Assembly (NCBI GenBank): GCA_963701295.1
Contig: OY969585.1
Location: forward strand, 1,952,001 to 2,016,000
Source of the DNA: Ignavibacteriota bacterium
GTDB lineage: Bacteria > Bacteroidota > Ignavibacteria > UBA10030
DNA: 64,000 nt
Direction of reading: 5' to 3'
Shown: positions 19,862 to 29,794 of the stretch, piece after piece
Numbering within the stretch: the stretch's first letter is position 1
How the letters are laid out: every line of letters begins with the position of its first letter
Made by a program: the position numbers and the translations under genes
The notes under the pieces: generated by a model
Told to the model about the DNA's origin: nothing
Seen by the model: the letters and a program-made list of their open reading frames with translations, nothing else
The model's database searches: none

Positions 19862-21778
19862 ATGATGTCAGAACCCTTACCGAAAATAAATAAAGAAAAG
19901 ATGGCCTCATTCCTCTGGAATGAGAATATTGTCAGCGTTTTGCTCGTAGCAATTTCATTCTGTGTTTATCTTGCCACGATGTGTCGCTCGGTTGGGTTTA
20001 CGGATTCAGGTGAACTAGCAACTGTGATTTGCACGCTTGGGATCGCGCATCCGACAGGATATCCGTTCTTCACTTTGCTGGGAAAATGCTGGATGATGAT
20101 CCCAGCTCCGCTGGAAGAAATTCTTCAATTAAACATATTTGTAGCTTTGCTTACAGCTGTTGCTGTCGGTGTGTTTTTCAAGACAACACTGATACTCCGT
20201 CGATCAGCGCTTGTATTTCAAGGAAGAAGCCAGAAGCGAAAAGAGCACAACGATTATCGTTTCATACTTACATCGGTGATTGCGAGTCTCGTGCTCGGAT
20301 TATCTACAACATTCTGGTCGCAATCGACTGCCATAGAAGTTTACCCGCTTCATCTTGTGCTCATTATGCTTACGACATTATTCTTCGTGGGTGGCTTAGA
20401 GGAGCAGCTCAGTCAAACTCAGATTTTTTCCCGAAAGCTGATACTCTTCGCATTCGTATTAGGATTAAGTTTCTCAAATCATATGACCACGATTCTATTG
20501 GCGCCGGGATTTTTGTGGTTATACTTTCGTGTCTTTGGATTCGGGAAGGAATCGTTCCGCAGAATTCTGAAAATTGCCCCGTTCTTTCTGCTTGGTCTGT
20601 CAATTTATTTATACCTGCCCATTCGTTCATCGGGAAATCCATTGCTCGACTGGGGTCATCCCGCAACGCTCGAACGTTTTTTCTGGCATGTCAGCGGCAA
20701 GCAATTTCGAGTGTGGATGTTCTCCAGTTGGAGTGTTGTGCAAAAACAGCTAAGTTACTTTGCAAATAATTTTACATCGGAATTTCATCTTGCGGTAATC
20801 GCTTGTATTGTGATTGGGATGTTCGTGTTGATCAGACGCTGTCGTCGTATGTTTATTTTTTTGACACTCTTATTCTTAACTACGGTGGTGTATGCGGTGA
20901 ACTATGACATCTTTGATATTGATTCTTACTTTTTACTTTCCTACATCGCCATAGGTTGGATAGCAGCATATGGAATGGATTTTCTTTTTGATTCGATAAG
21001 CGATAAGCGAAGTTGGATGAAGGCAATAGCGTTTGTCATCCTTACTGTTCTTCCGATTGTACAAATCATGAATAATTGGAACAGAGTGGATGAAACAAAA
21101 AATATTCTTCCGCAGCAGTTTGTGCGGAATGCTTTTTCTCATTTTGAACCCAACGCTGTTGTCGTAGCGAGTCAGTGGGATTATTTTATCTCACCATCCT
21201 TGTATTATCAATTCATTCGAAATGAACGGCCCGATATTGCCATCATCGATAAAAGTTTGCTGCAGAATCGTTCCTGGTATTTTATACAGTTTCAACGACA
21301 GCACCCGGAGCTGATGGAACGTATACGGCCGAGCGCAAATTATTTTTTGGAAGAGTTGGATAAGTTTGAGCATGATAGTCCGTTCAATTTCAATATCATT
21401 CAATTATATTGGCAGAGCCTCTTGAGCGAGATAATAGAGAACTCCCTACCCGATCATCCAGTCTATATCGACCCCCGGATAGATCGGGAGTTTCCCTCTG
21501 ACTATTCTCGCACACCTGCGGGCCTTTTTTTACGGCTTACAAAAAAAGAAGATATAACTTGTTATAAAACTGCTCTGGCTCCTTTTGGGATTTGGGATAA
21601 AAAACAGCCGGTTGCAAAGGATTTTGAGCAGTATTATATCGCTATGCTTATACGTGATGCTGATTGGCTGTTAAAAAATGGAAGAGCCGATGAGGCAAAA
21701 AAGGTTCTTGCTGAGGTTCTATATATTGAGCCAGGCAACTTTTCCGCACGTTGGCTGACGAGAAAAGAAGGGAAATAA
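19862..21778 (+). CDS. DUF2723 / TMEM260-like GT-C membrane glycosyltransferase
   Basis: DSGEL.....LGIAHPTGYP, FWSQS...EVY, SNH, YLYLPIRS...WG.P; multiple TM helices and a C-terminal TPR-like helix. Confidence 0.85.
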   Translation: MMSEPLPKINKEKMASFLWNENIVSVLLVAISFCVYLATMCRSVGFTDSGELATVICTLGIAHPTGYPFFTLLGKCWMMIPAPLEEILQLNIFVALLTAVAVGVFFKTTLILRRSALVFQGRSQKRKEHNDYRFILTSVIASLVLGLSTTFWSQSTAIEVYPLHLVLIMLTTLFFVGGLEEQLSQTQIFSRKLILFAFVLGLSFSNHMTTILLAPGFLWLYFRVFGFGKESFRRILKIAPFFLLGLSIYLYLPIRSSGNPLLDWGHPATLERFFWHVSGKQFRVWMFSSWSVVQKQLSYFANNFTSEFHLAVIACIVIGMFVLIRRCRRMFIFLTLLFLTTVVYAVNYDIFDIDSYFLLSYIAIGWIAAYGMDFLFDSISDKRSWMKAIAFVILTVLPIVQIMNNWNRVDETKNILPQQFVRNAFSHFEPNAVVVASQWDYFISPSLYYQFIRNERPDIAIIDKSLLQNRSWYFIQFQRQHPELMERIRPSANYFLEELDKFEHDSPFNFNIIQLYWQSLLSEIIENSLPDHPVYIDPRIDREFPSDYSRTPAGLFLRLTKKEDITCYKTALAPFGIWDKKQPVAKDFEQYYIAMLIRDADWLLKNGRADEAKKVLAEVLYIEPGNFSARWLTRKEGK

Positions 21779-21799
21779 AATATAATATTAAAAGTTTCG

Positions 21800-21827
21800 T
21801 TGACTATGTGCGAATTTTTTCTATATT
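21800..21827 (+). promoter_or_regulatory. Sigma70-like promoter of the tRNA/rif cluster
   Basis: TTGACT-16 nt-TATATT. Confidence 0.6.
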
Positions 21828-21946
21828 TATAGTTCGGCAATTCGGCGTACCGGGCGAATCACCTGTATTCTCGAAGTCCTTGAGTTACTGCGGTTATTGT
21901 CATGCGAAATCGCAGCAGGGTTGAATATCGCTTTGGATGCAATTCT

Positions 21947-22019
21947 GCTGGCGTAGCTCAGCTGGTAGAGCAGCTGATTTGTAATCAGCAGGTCATCGGT
22001 TCGAGTCCGATAGCCAGCT
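21947..22019 (+). tRNA. tRNA-Thr(UGU)
   Basis: Cloverleaf folded by hand; anticodon arm GCTGA-TTTGTAA-TCAGC. CCA not encoded; G7:A66 mismatch. Confidence 0.93.
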
Positions 22020-22033
22020 CAAGCAGAGTTGTT

Positions 22034-22116
22034 GGGCAGGTAGCGAAGCGGTCAAACGCATCAGACTGTAAATCTGACGGCTCATGCCTTCGAAGGTTCG
22101 AATCCTCCCCTGCCCA
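22034..22116 (+). tRNA. tRNA-Tyr(GUA)
   Basis: Acceptor GGGCAGG/CCTGCCC, loop CTGTAAA, long variable arm. CCA not encoded. Confidence 0.95.
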
Positions 22117-22194
22117 CAAAGATTTTGCGGAATAGGGTTGATAGCTTGCGTTGTTTGTTGGATGAGTTATTGAAAGAGCTGGAATGGTATGAAC

Positions 22195-22270
22195 GCGGGA
22201 GTAACTCAGTTGGTAGAGTCACAGCCTTCCAAGCTGTTGGTCGCGGGTTCGAGCCCCGTCTCCCGCTCCA
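22195..22270 (+). tRNA. tRNA-Gly(UCC)
   Basis: Cloverleaf, loop CTTCCAA; ends TCCA. Confidence 0.96.
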
Positions 22271-22282
22271 CAGTGTCTGAGC

Positions 22283-22355
<73 letters not shown>

Positions 22356-22388
22356 CGAATACGTTAGGAAGAAGATGAAGGAACGAAT

Positions 22389-22538
22389 ATGCGAGACATC
22401 ATTACCTTAGAATGCACAAGTTGTAAACGGCGTAATTATTCTACAACGAAGAATAAAAAGAAACAAACCGGACGGGTTGAGTACAAGAAGTATTGCCCCT
22501 GGTGTAATAAACGAACGCCGCATAAAGAAACCAAGTAA
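22389..22538 (+). CDS. rpmG: 50S ribosomal protein L33 (zinc-binding form; absent from the ORF track)
   Basis: Hand translation [49 protein letters not shown]. Confidence 0.96.
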   Translation: MRDIITLECTSCKRRNYSTTKNKKKQTGRVEYKKYCPWCNKRTPHKETK

Positions 22539-22642
22539 CGATTTTTGTATTCTGATGGTTACTCAAGTTGAGAGACACACGCGAGTTATTCAATCAGTAG
22601 AGCAGACGTGTCTGCGCCTGCACATAGAGCAAAAATGATGAT

Positions 22643-22715
<73 letters not shown>

Positions 22716-22751
22716 CATAATCACTCAAAACAAGAAAGAAGATATTGAGCG

Positions 22752-22940
22752 ATGGAAGAAAAAATTATAAACTTCTTTAAAGATGTTGTGAAAGAGATGG
22801 ATAAGGTGACATGGCCTTCACGTGAGGAACTCATGGAGCAGACTAAAATCGTCATCATTGTCACATTAATTATAGCGGTATTTGCTTGGATTGTGGACTT
22901 TTCGGTGAGCGAAATTCTCAAAGCAATTTTGAAATCTTAA
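22752..22940 (+). CDS. secE: Preprotein translocase SecE
   Basis: EMDKVTWP motif plus one TM helix; synteny. Confidence 0.95.
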   Translation: MEEKIINFFKDVVKEMDKVTWPSREELMEQTKIVIIVTLIIAVFAWIVDFSVSEILKAILKS

Positions 22941-22950
22941 GGAATCAACT

Positions 22951-23484
22951 TTGGATAAGCGCTGGTATGTAGTTCGAACGTATTCGGGCCACGAAGCCAA
23001 GGTCAAGACATACTTGGACTCGGAGATTGCACGGATAGGATTGCAGGAAAAAATTTCGAATGTATTGATTCCTTCGGAAAAAGTGTTTGAAATTAAGGAT
23101 GGAAAAAAGAAGTCAAAGGTGAAAAATTTTTTCCCTGGGTACATCCTTGTTGAGGCAGTCTTGGATAAAGAGACGAACCACGTCATTCTTGAAGCCCCGT
23201 CGGTGATGGGATTTGTACCAGACAAAAATAATCCAGCCGCATTACAACCGGATGAAGTGCGTCGTCTCATCGGCAAGATGGAGCAAAAGGAAGAGACTCA
23301 AATCGTCGATATTCCGTTCCATGTCGGTGAAGCAGTAAAAGTGACAGATGGACCGTTTAATAATTTCAATGGGTTCGTCCAAGGAGTAAATTTTGAAAAA
23401 CTCAAAGTGAAAGTGATGGTCAGTATCTTTGGGCGCAAGACACCGATAGAACTGGATTTTTCACAAGTAGAGATAGAAAAGTAA
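22951..23484 (+). CDS. nusG: Transcription termination/antitermination factor NusG
   Basis: WYVV.TYSG.E, FPGYI, DGPF..F.G, SIFGRKTP. Confidence 0.97.
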   Translation: MDKRWYVVRTYSGHEAKVKTYLDSEIARIGLQEKISNVLIPSEKVFEIKDGKKKSKVKNFFPGYILVEAVLDKETNHVILEAPSVMGFVPDKNNPAALQPDEVRRLIGKMEQKEETQIVDIPFHVGEAVKVTDGPFNNFNGFVQGVNFEKLKVKVMVSIFGRKTPIELDFSQVEIEK

Positions 23485-23522
23485 CTCGAGTATTTTGTAA
23501 TTCTTAACGTAAGGCATGTACT

Positions 23523-23948
23523 ATGGCAAAGAAAGTAACAGGTTTCATCAAACTGCAAATTCCTGCTGGTCAGGCAAATCCTGCACCTCCGGTGGGTCCC
23601 GCACTTGGTCAAAAGGGCGTTAACATCATGGAATTCTGCAAACAGTTTAACGCCAGAACGAAAGATCAACAGGGGCTCATCATTCCTGTGGTTATTACTG
23701 TGTTCAGCGATAAATCATTTTCGTTTATCACGAAAACACCGCCGGCGGCAACATTGTTGGTGAAAGCTGCAAAGTTGGAAAAGGGTTCCGGTGAACCGAA
23801 CCGCAATAAAGTTGGAAAGGTGACGAAGAAACAAGTTCGCGAAATTGCTGAATTGAAAATGCCGGATTTAAATGCCGCAAACATCGATTCGGCAATGAGT
23901 ATGGTAGCGGGCACTGCCCGCAGTATGGGTATTACAGTTGAAGAATAA
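23523..23948 (+). CDS. rplK: 50S ribosomal protein L11
   Basis: [20 protein letters not shown]. Confidence 0.98.
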   Translation: MAKKVTGFIKLQIPAGQANPAPPVGPALGQKGVNIMEFCKQFNARTKDQQGLIIPVVITVFSDKSFSFITKTPPAATLLVKAAKLEKGSGEPNRNKVGKVTKKQVREIAELKMPDLNAANIDSAMSMVAGTARSMGITVEE

Positions 23949-23972
23949 AATTGTTCGTGATGGAGTGAGAGA

Positions 23973-24668
23973 ATGAAACAGCACAGTAAAAGATTCAGAG
24001 CCGTTGCAAAGAAAATTCAGCCGAAGAACTATACGATCACTGATGCAGTGGAGTTAGTAAAACAATCTGCTTCCGCAAAGTTTGCCGAAGCAGTTGATAT
24101 CGCCGTTCGACTTGGTCTCGACCCGAAGAAGGCAGACCAAGCACTTCGAGGAACAGTAGCATTGCCGCATGGTATTGGAAAAGAAGTTCGTGTACTCGTC
24201 ATTGCCAAACCTCCAAAGGATGAAGAAGCCAAGGCTGCAGGTGCAGATTATGTCGGGTACAAAGAGTATCTGGAAAAGATCCAGCAAGGTTGGGCAGATG
24301 TCGATGTGATTATTGCCACGCCAGATGTTATGGGCGATCTTGGAAAGCTCGGGAAAATTCTCGGTCCTCGCGGCTTGATGCCGAATCCAAAGAGCGGAAC
24401 GGTAACACCGGATGTAGCGAAAGCGGTGAAGGAAGTGAAAGCCGGTAAGATCGAATTCCGCGTTGAGAAGGCAGGTATTGTCCATGCAACAGTTGGCAAG
24501 GCAGGATTTGAAAAAGAAAAATTGGTTGAGAACATTCAGTCATTTCTCAATACCATCATGCGTTTAAAACCTGCAACAGCAAAAGGTCAGTATGTCAAGA
24601 GTATTGCCATCTCCACAACAATGGGACCTGGCGTACACATCGACCGCGCTGAAACGGGGGTACATTGA
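23973..24668 (+). CDS. rplA: 50S ribosomal protein L1
   Basis: [18 protein letters not shown]. Confidence 0.98.
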   Translation: MKQHSKRFRAVAKKIQPKNYTITDAVELVKQSASAKFAEAVDIAVRLGLDPKKADQALRGTVALPHGIGKEVRVLVIAKPPKDEEAKAAGADYVGYKEYLEKIQQGWADVDVIIATPDVMGDLGKLGKILGPRGLMPNPKSGTVTPDVAKAVKEVKAGKIEFRVEKAGIVHATVGKAGFEKEKLVENIQSFLNTIMRLKPATAKGQYVKSIAISTTMGPGVHIDRAETGVH

Positions 24669-24684
24669 AATAGAAATTACGCAC

Positions 24685-24750
24685 TCACGTTCTCGTAAAC
24701 CGTTGGATGCTCCGTTGAATGCGGAGGCTTCTCATTCGACAACAAGAACT
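24685..24750 (+). promoter_or_regulatory. Putative L10 leader (autogenous control element)
   Basis: Lies in the rplA-rplJ spacer; CGTAAACCGTTGG resembles the L10-leader 5' strand; internal hairpin CTCCGT-tgaat-GCGGAG. Confidence 0.45.
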
Positions 24751-24768
24751 AACGTATAAAGGGAAACC

Positions 24769-25290
24769 ATGAAACGCAGTGAGAAAGAGGCGATCATCGC
24801 CGAAGTTGCTGAAAAAGCTGCGCGAGCTGTTGCGATGTACTTCGCGGATTTTTCAAAACTCACGGTCGCAGAAGAAACAGAACTGCGTCGTGAATTTCGG
24901 AAATCCGGAGTTGAGTACAACGTAGTGAAGAATACACTCGCACGGAAGGCTCTTCAACAACTTACAGGATATGATCGTGTATATGATAAGCTCGTTGGTC
25001 CGACTGGTCTCGCATTTTCATACGACGATCCATCGGCACCGGCAAAGATTATCAAGAAATATTCTGAGAAATTAGGGAAGTTCAAGCTTAAAGCCGCTGT
25101 CATCGAAAAACAAGTCTACGATGCCACAAGGTTAAATGAACTTGCGAACATGCCATCGCGAAAGGATATGGTCGCTGCTATTCTCAGAAACTTGCAAGCA
25201 CCTGTTTCCGGCATCGTGGGCGCGATCAATGCTGTCGCACGTGATCTCGTCTATGTTCTCGATGCGATCGAGAAGAAGAAAGCTGCTTAA
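24769..25290 (+). CDS. rplJ: 50S ribosomal protein L10
   Basis: VVKNTL, GPT; synteny. Confidence 0.97.
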   Translation: MKRSEKEAIIAEVAEKAARAVAMYFADFSKLTVAEETELRREFRKSGVEYNVVKNTLARKALQQLTGYDRVYDKLVGPTGLAFSYDDPSAPAKIIKKYSEKLGKFKLKAAVIEKQVYDATRLNELANMPSRKDMVAAILRNLQAPVSGIVGAINAVARDLVYVLDAIEKKKAA

Positions 25291-25328
25291 TTTAGAATTT
25301 GAAAACTATTATTTAAAGGAGAATTATC

Positions 25329-25712
25329 ATGTCAGTCGTTGCTGAAATTGTTGAAAAGATTGAAAAACTTACTTTGCTTGAAGCTGTGGAATTAAAGAAA
25401 GCACTCGAAGAGAAATTTGGTGTTACTGCCGCTGCCCCAATGATGATGGGTGCGATGATGCAGACCGGTGCAGCTGCCCCAGCTGCTGTCGCGGAAGAAC
25501 AAACCGAGTTCAATGTCGAATTGAAGAGTGCAGGCGCGCAGAAGATCAACGTCATCAAGGTTGTACGTGCAGCAACTGGTCTCGGCTTGAAAGAAGCTAA
25601 AGACCTTGTTGACGGTGCACCAAAGACCGTGAAGGAAGGCCTCTCGAAAGATGATGCTGAAAAGTTGAAGAAAGAACTCGAAGAAGCAGGCGCTACTGTC
25701 GAGCTCAAATAA
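25329..25712 (+). CDS. rplL: 50S ribosomal protein L7/L12
   Basis: [25 protein letters not shown]. Confidence 0.98.
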   Translation: MSVVAEIVEKIEKLTLLEAVELKKALEEKFGVTAAAPMMMGAMMQTGAAAPAAVAEEQTEFNVELKSAGAQKINVIKVVRAATGLGLKEAKDLVDGAPKTVKEGLSKDDAEKLKKELEEAGATVELK

Positions 25713-25950
25713 ATCAAGTAGCAAATCCATCGCGAACTTTTCGAGTGAAAATCTTGTTCAGATTGCGGTGGATGAATAGGTCGCTAAGCCGATGGCTCGC
25801 CTTTTTACGAGGCTCGGGAACCATCGGCTTATGCCGTCTAAGGATGAGCATTTGGCGGTCACTTTGTGAAAGTTCGTTTTCATTTGAAGTCGATGTTTCA
25901 ACCATCAAGGTTGAATTTAAAAATCTTAATATCAACAAGGAGTGGTTCCT

Positions 25951-28900
25951 TTGAAAAACCAATCCAATGGTTCCCAAGAACGTGTGTTGTTTGCACGAAT
26001 CCCATCGGTCATCGAAACGCCAGATCTTCTGAACGTCCAGATCGACTCGTTTAACAATTTTCTTCAGGCCGATACGCTTCCGCATCGTAGGAGGAAGCTT
26101 GGCTTGCAGCAAGTATTTGAAATGAATTTTCCGATCAGCGATGCACGTGAAAATTTTCTCCTCGAATTTGCTGAATACTACGTCGAAAAACCGAAGTATT
26201 CAGTCGTCGAGTGCCAGGAACGCGGTTTAACATTTGCTGTTCCGCTGAAAGCACAGCTCCGGCTCTCTGCCAAGAAAGAAGGCGGAAAAGAATTTGTCGA
26301 TACAATCGAACAGGAAGTCTATCTTGGAAATCTTCCTGCAATGACGCATCGCGGTACCTTCATCATCAACGGTGCTGAACGCGTGGTGGTGAGCCAGTTG
26401 CATCGTTCGCCAGGCGTGTTCTTCGGCGAGTCGGTACATCCGAACGGCACTATGATGTATTCTGCGCGTATTATTCCATTCCGAGGGTCATGGGTGGAAT
26501 TTGCCACTGACATCAACAATGTCATGTACGCTTATATCGACAGGAAGAAAAAATTTCCCGTTACTACATTGTTGCGTGCGCTTGGTTATTCATCAGATGA
26601 CGATATTCTTGATTTGTTTGGACTCGTGGAAGAGATTGATACTGCAAAGGTAGAATTAAAAGAATACATTGACCGAAAAGTGTGTAGCGATGTGTTCGAT
26701 AAAAAGACCGGTGAAGTCTTCATTAATAAAGACACAAAGCTCACTGAAGAACATATCAAGCACCTCAGAAAAGCAAATATTAAGAAACTTCGATTGTTAA
26801 AAACTGATGAAGCATCTTCCAGCTCCGTGATTGCAAATACTATTTTGAAGGATGCTGCACGTTCTTCTGAAGATGCGCTTGAAGCAATTTATACGCAGTT
26901 GCGTTCCGGTGAAGCGCCGGATTTAGATACAGCGAAGAACCTCATTGACCGATTGTTTTTCAATCCAAAGCGCTATGACCTTGGCGATGTCGGCCGGCAC
27001 AGGATGAACATTAAACTCAACCTGAATATCCCGGAAAATGTAACAACGCTGACGAAAGATGATATTATCGCTATCATCAAATACTTGATAGATATGCAGC
27101 AAGGTAAGCGAGCAGTAGATGACATAGATCATCTTGGAAATCGCCGTGTACGAACAGTAGGCGAACAGCTTGCCCAGCAATTCAACATTGGATTGTCTCG
27201 GATGACACGCACGATCCGTGAACGGATGAACTTACGTGATGCCGAAACAATCACACCGCAGGATTTGGTGAACGCGCGAACAATCACCAGCGTTATCAAT
27301 GCGTTCTTCGGAACAAACCAACTTTCACAATTTCTCGATCAGACAAATCCATTGGCAGAGATGACGCACAAACGGCGTGTTTCTGCACTCGGACCTGGCG
27401 GTTTAACGCGCGAACGTGCAGGCTTCGAAGTCCGTGACGTGCATTATACACACTATGGTCGCCTTTGCCCGATTGAGACGCCAGAAGGTCCAAACATCGG
27501 CTTGATTTCTTCGCTTTGCATTCATGCGCGTATCAATGATTTTGGTTTTATCGAAACACCTTATCGGAAAGTAAAGAACGGCAGGGTTGTTGAAGAGATT
27601 GAATTCCTGACAGCAGAACGCGAAGACGAAGTCACTATCGCGCAGGCAAACACTGTTCTGGACGAACGCGGCCGTTTCCTTGAAGAAAAAATTAAGGCGA
27701 GATTCCAAAGCGACTATCCGGTCACAGAACCTGATAAGATCCAATATATGGACGTTGCACCGAACCAGATTGTAAGCGCAGCAGCAGCATTGATCCCTTT
27801 CCTTGAGCATGACGACGCTAACCGTGCTTTGATGGGATCAAATATGCAACGCCAAGCTGTTCCGTTGTTACAACCTGAATCACCCATTGTCGGCACTGGG
27901 TTGGAAGAAACCATCGCACGTGACTCACGTACAATCATTGTTGCCGAACGCAATGGCTTAGTCGAGTCTGTGAATGGTGACAATGTTGTAGTGTTGTACG
28001 ATATTGACGAGAACAGCACTGAAGCAATTATCAGTTTTGACGACAAACGTCGGGTAGAATATAAGCTCACAAAATTCCTCCGCACAAATCAAGATACATG
28101 CATCAATCAAAAACCAGTTGTCAAAGAAGGTCAACGTTTCAAGAAAAATGATGTGCTGGTTGATGGTTGTGCGACTGATGGCGGAGAACTTGCGCTGGGT
28201 AGAAATATTTTGGTAGCGTTTATGCCATGGCGTGGATATAACTTTGAAGATGCTATCATTGTCAGTGAGCGTATTGTGTCGGAAGATGTCTTTACGTCCG
28301 TCCACATTGAAGAGTTTGAATTACAAGTACGGGATACGAAGCGCGGTGAAGAAGAACTTACGCGGGAAATTCCGAATGTCAGTGAAGAAGCAACGAAAGA
28401 TCTTGACGAAAACGGAGTTGTCCGTATTGGTGCAGAGGTAAACGAGGGCGATATTCTTATCGGTAAGATCACACCAAAAGGTGAAACCGATCCTACACCG
28501 GAAGAGAAACTTTTGAAAGCGATTTTCGGAGAAAAAGCCGGCGATGTAAAAGATGCTTCACTGAAAGCGCCTCCTGGTATGAAAGGCATTGTCATTTCTA
28601 CGAAGCTCTTCAGCCGCAAGAAGAAGGATACGGAAAGTAAGAAGGAAGACAAGAAAAAACTGGAATCACTTGATCGCTTAAGGCGGAAGGAAATCAAAGA
28701 TCTGCACGAGAAGCTTGGACGCAAGCTGGATCAGGTGCTCGAAGGTGAAAAATCTGTTGGCATTCGAAATGCAGATGGCGAAATTGCTATCCGTGCCGGT
28801 GTCATGTTTAAAGAGGACACCTTTCAAAAAATAGAAGATCTTGACAAGCTTGATTATAATCAAGAGTGGATCGATGATAAGCGTAAGCAGAATACCATCA

Positions 28901-29727
28901 TCCGTCTCTATGAAAATTTTCGCCAGAAAATGACCGAGATAGAAGAACTCTATCGCCACGAGAAAAATAAAATACAACTTGGCGACGAATTGGCTCCGGG
29001 TATTGTACAACTCGCAAAGGTCTATGTCGCGAAGAAGCGCAAGCTTCAAGTAGGTGACAAGATGGCCGGTCGTCACGGAAATAAAGGCGTCGTTTCTACT
29101 ATTGTGCCAATGGAAGATATGCCGTTTCTTCCTGATGGGCATCCGGTTGATATCGTACTCAATCCATTGGGTGTGCCGTCACGTATGAATTTGGGACAGT
29201 TATTTGAAGTAGCGCTCGGCTGGGCAGGAATAAAATTGGGCGTAAACTTTGCGTCACCGATCTTTGACGGTGCAAAATGGGAAGAAGTACAGGAATGGCT
29301 GGAGAAAGCCGGCATTAGCAATACATCGAAGACGCTCCTGATCGATGGACGAAGCGGTGAACCGTTCGACCAGGAAGTTACGGTCGGATACTTATATATG
29401 ATGAAGTTGTCACATATGGTAGACGACAAAATTCACGCGCGCTCTATTGGACCATACTCGCTCATTACACAGCAGCCATTGGGTGGGAAGGCGCAATTCG
29501 GTGGTCAGCGCTTTGGAGAAATGGAAGTGTGGGCGCTCGAAGGATACGGTGCGGCGAATATTCTTCAAGAAATTCTCACTGTCAAATCTGATGACGTGCT
29601 TGGGCGTGCCAAAGTGTACGAAGCTGTTGTGAAAGGTGAAAATCTTCCCGAACCAAACGTACCTGAATCATTTAATGTACTCGTTCGTGAGCTACAGGGA
29701 CTGGGTCTGGAAGTGAAGATTGAATGA
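25951..29727 (+). CDS. rpoB: RNA polymerase beta subunit
   Basis: [41 protein letters not shown] start placed after AAGGAG. Confidence 0.98.
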   Translation: MKNQSNGSQERVLFARIPSVIETPDLLNVQIDSFNNFLQADTLPHRRRKLGLQQVFEMNFPISDARENFLLEFAEYYVEKPKYSVVECQERGLTFAVPLKAQLRLSAKKEGGKEFVDTIEQEVYLGNLPAMTHRGTFIINGAERVVVSQLHRSPGVFFGESVHPNGTMMYSARIIPFRGSWVEFATDINNVMYAYIDRKKKFPVTTLLRALGYSSDDDILDLFGLVEEIDTAKVELKEYIDRKVCSDVFDKKTGEVFINKDTKLTEEHIKHLRKANIKKLRLLKTDEASSSSVIANTILKDAARSSEDALEAIYTQLRSGEAPDLDTAKNLIDRLFFNPKRYDLGDVGRHRMNIKLNLNIPENVTTLTKDDIIAIIKYLIDMQQGKRAVDDIDHLGNRRVRTVGEQLAQQFNIGLSRMTRTIRERMNLRDAETITPQDLVNARTITSVINAFFGTNQLSQFLDQTNPLAEMTHKRRVSALGPGGLTRERAGFEVRDVHYTHYGRLCPIETPEGPNIGLISSLCIHARINDFGFIETPYRKVKNGRVVEEIEFLTAEREDEVTIAQANTVLDERGRFLEEKIKARFQSDYPVTEPDKIQYMDVAPNQIVSAAAALIPFLEHDDANRALMGSNMQRQAVPLLQPESPIVGTGLEETIARDSRTIIVAERNGLVESVNGDNVVVLYDIDENSTEAIISFDDKRRVEYKLTKFLRTNQDTCINQKPVVKEGQRFKKNDVLVDGCATDGGELALGRNILVAFMPWRGYNFEDAIIVSERIVSEDVFTSVHIEEFELQVRDTKRGEEELTREIPNVSEEATKDLDENGVVRIGAEVNEGDILIGKITPKGETDPTPEEKLLKAIFGEKAGDVKDASLKAPPGMKGIVISTKLFSRKKKDTESKKEDKKKLESLDRLRRKEIKDLHEKLGRKLDQVLEGEKSVGIRNADGEIAIRAGVMFKEDTFQKIEDLDKLDYNQEWIDDKRKQNTIIRLYENFRQKMTEIEELYRHEKNKIQLGDELAPGIVQLAKVYVAKKRKLQVGDKMAGRHGNKGVVSTIVPMEDMPFLPDGHPVDIVLNPLGVPSRMNLGQLFEVALGWAGIKLGVNFASPIFDGAKWEEVQEWLEKAGISNTSKTLLIDGRSGEPFDQEVTVGYLYMMKLSHMVDDKIHARSIGPYSLITQQPLGGKAQFGGQRFGEMEVWALEGYGAANILQEILTVKSDDVLGRAKVYEAVVKGENLPEPNVPESFNVLVRELQGLGLEVKIE

Positions 29728-29794
29728 TGGTGATGCGCGCTGCTCAAAAGCAGTCATCACTCATCCAATAAAGAACATAGTTGATGGAGGCGAT

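Noticed and set aside
20029-20769. 246-aa alternative-frame ORF inside the DUF2723 gene
   Set aside because: Off-frame shadow ORF, Ser/Arg/Cys-rich, with no RBS or domain signal.
27300-27410. Rifampicin-resistance substitutions in RpoB (and streptomycin sites in S12)
   Set aside because: Key Gln, Asp, His and Ser residues of cluster I and the S12 lysines are wild type; the differences look like lineage variation.
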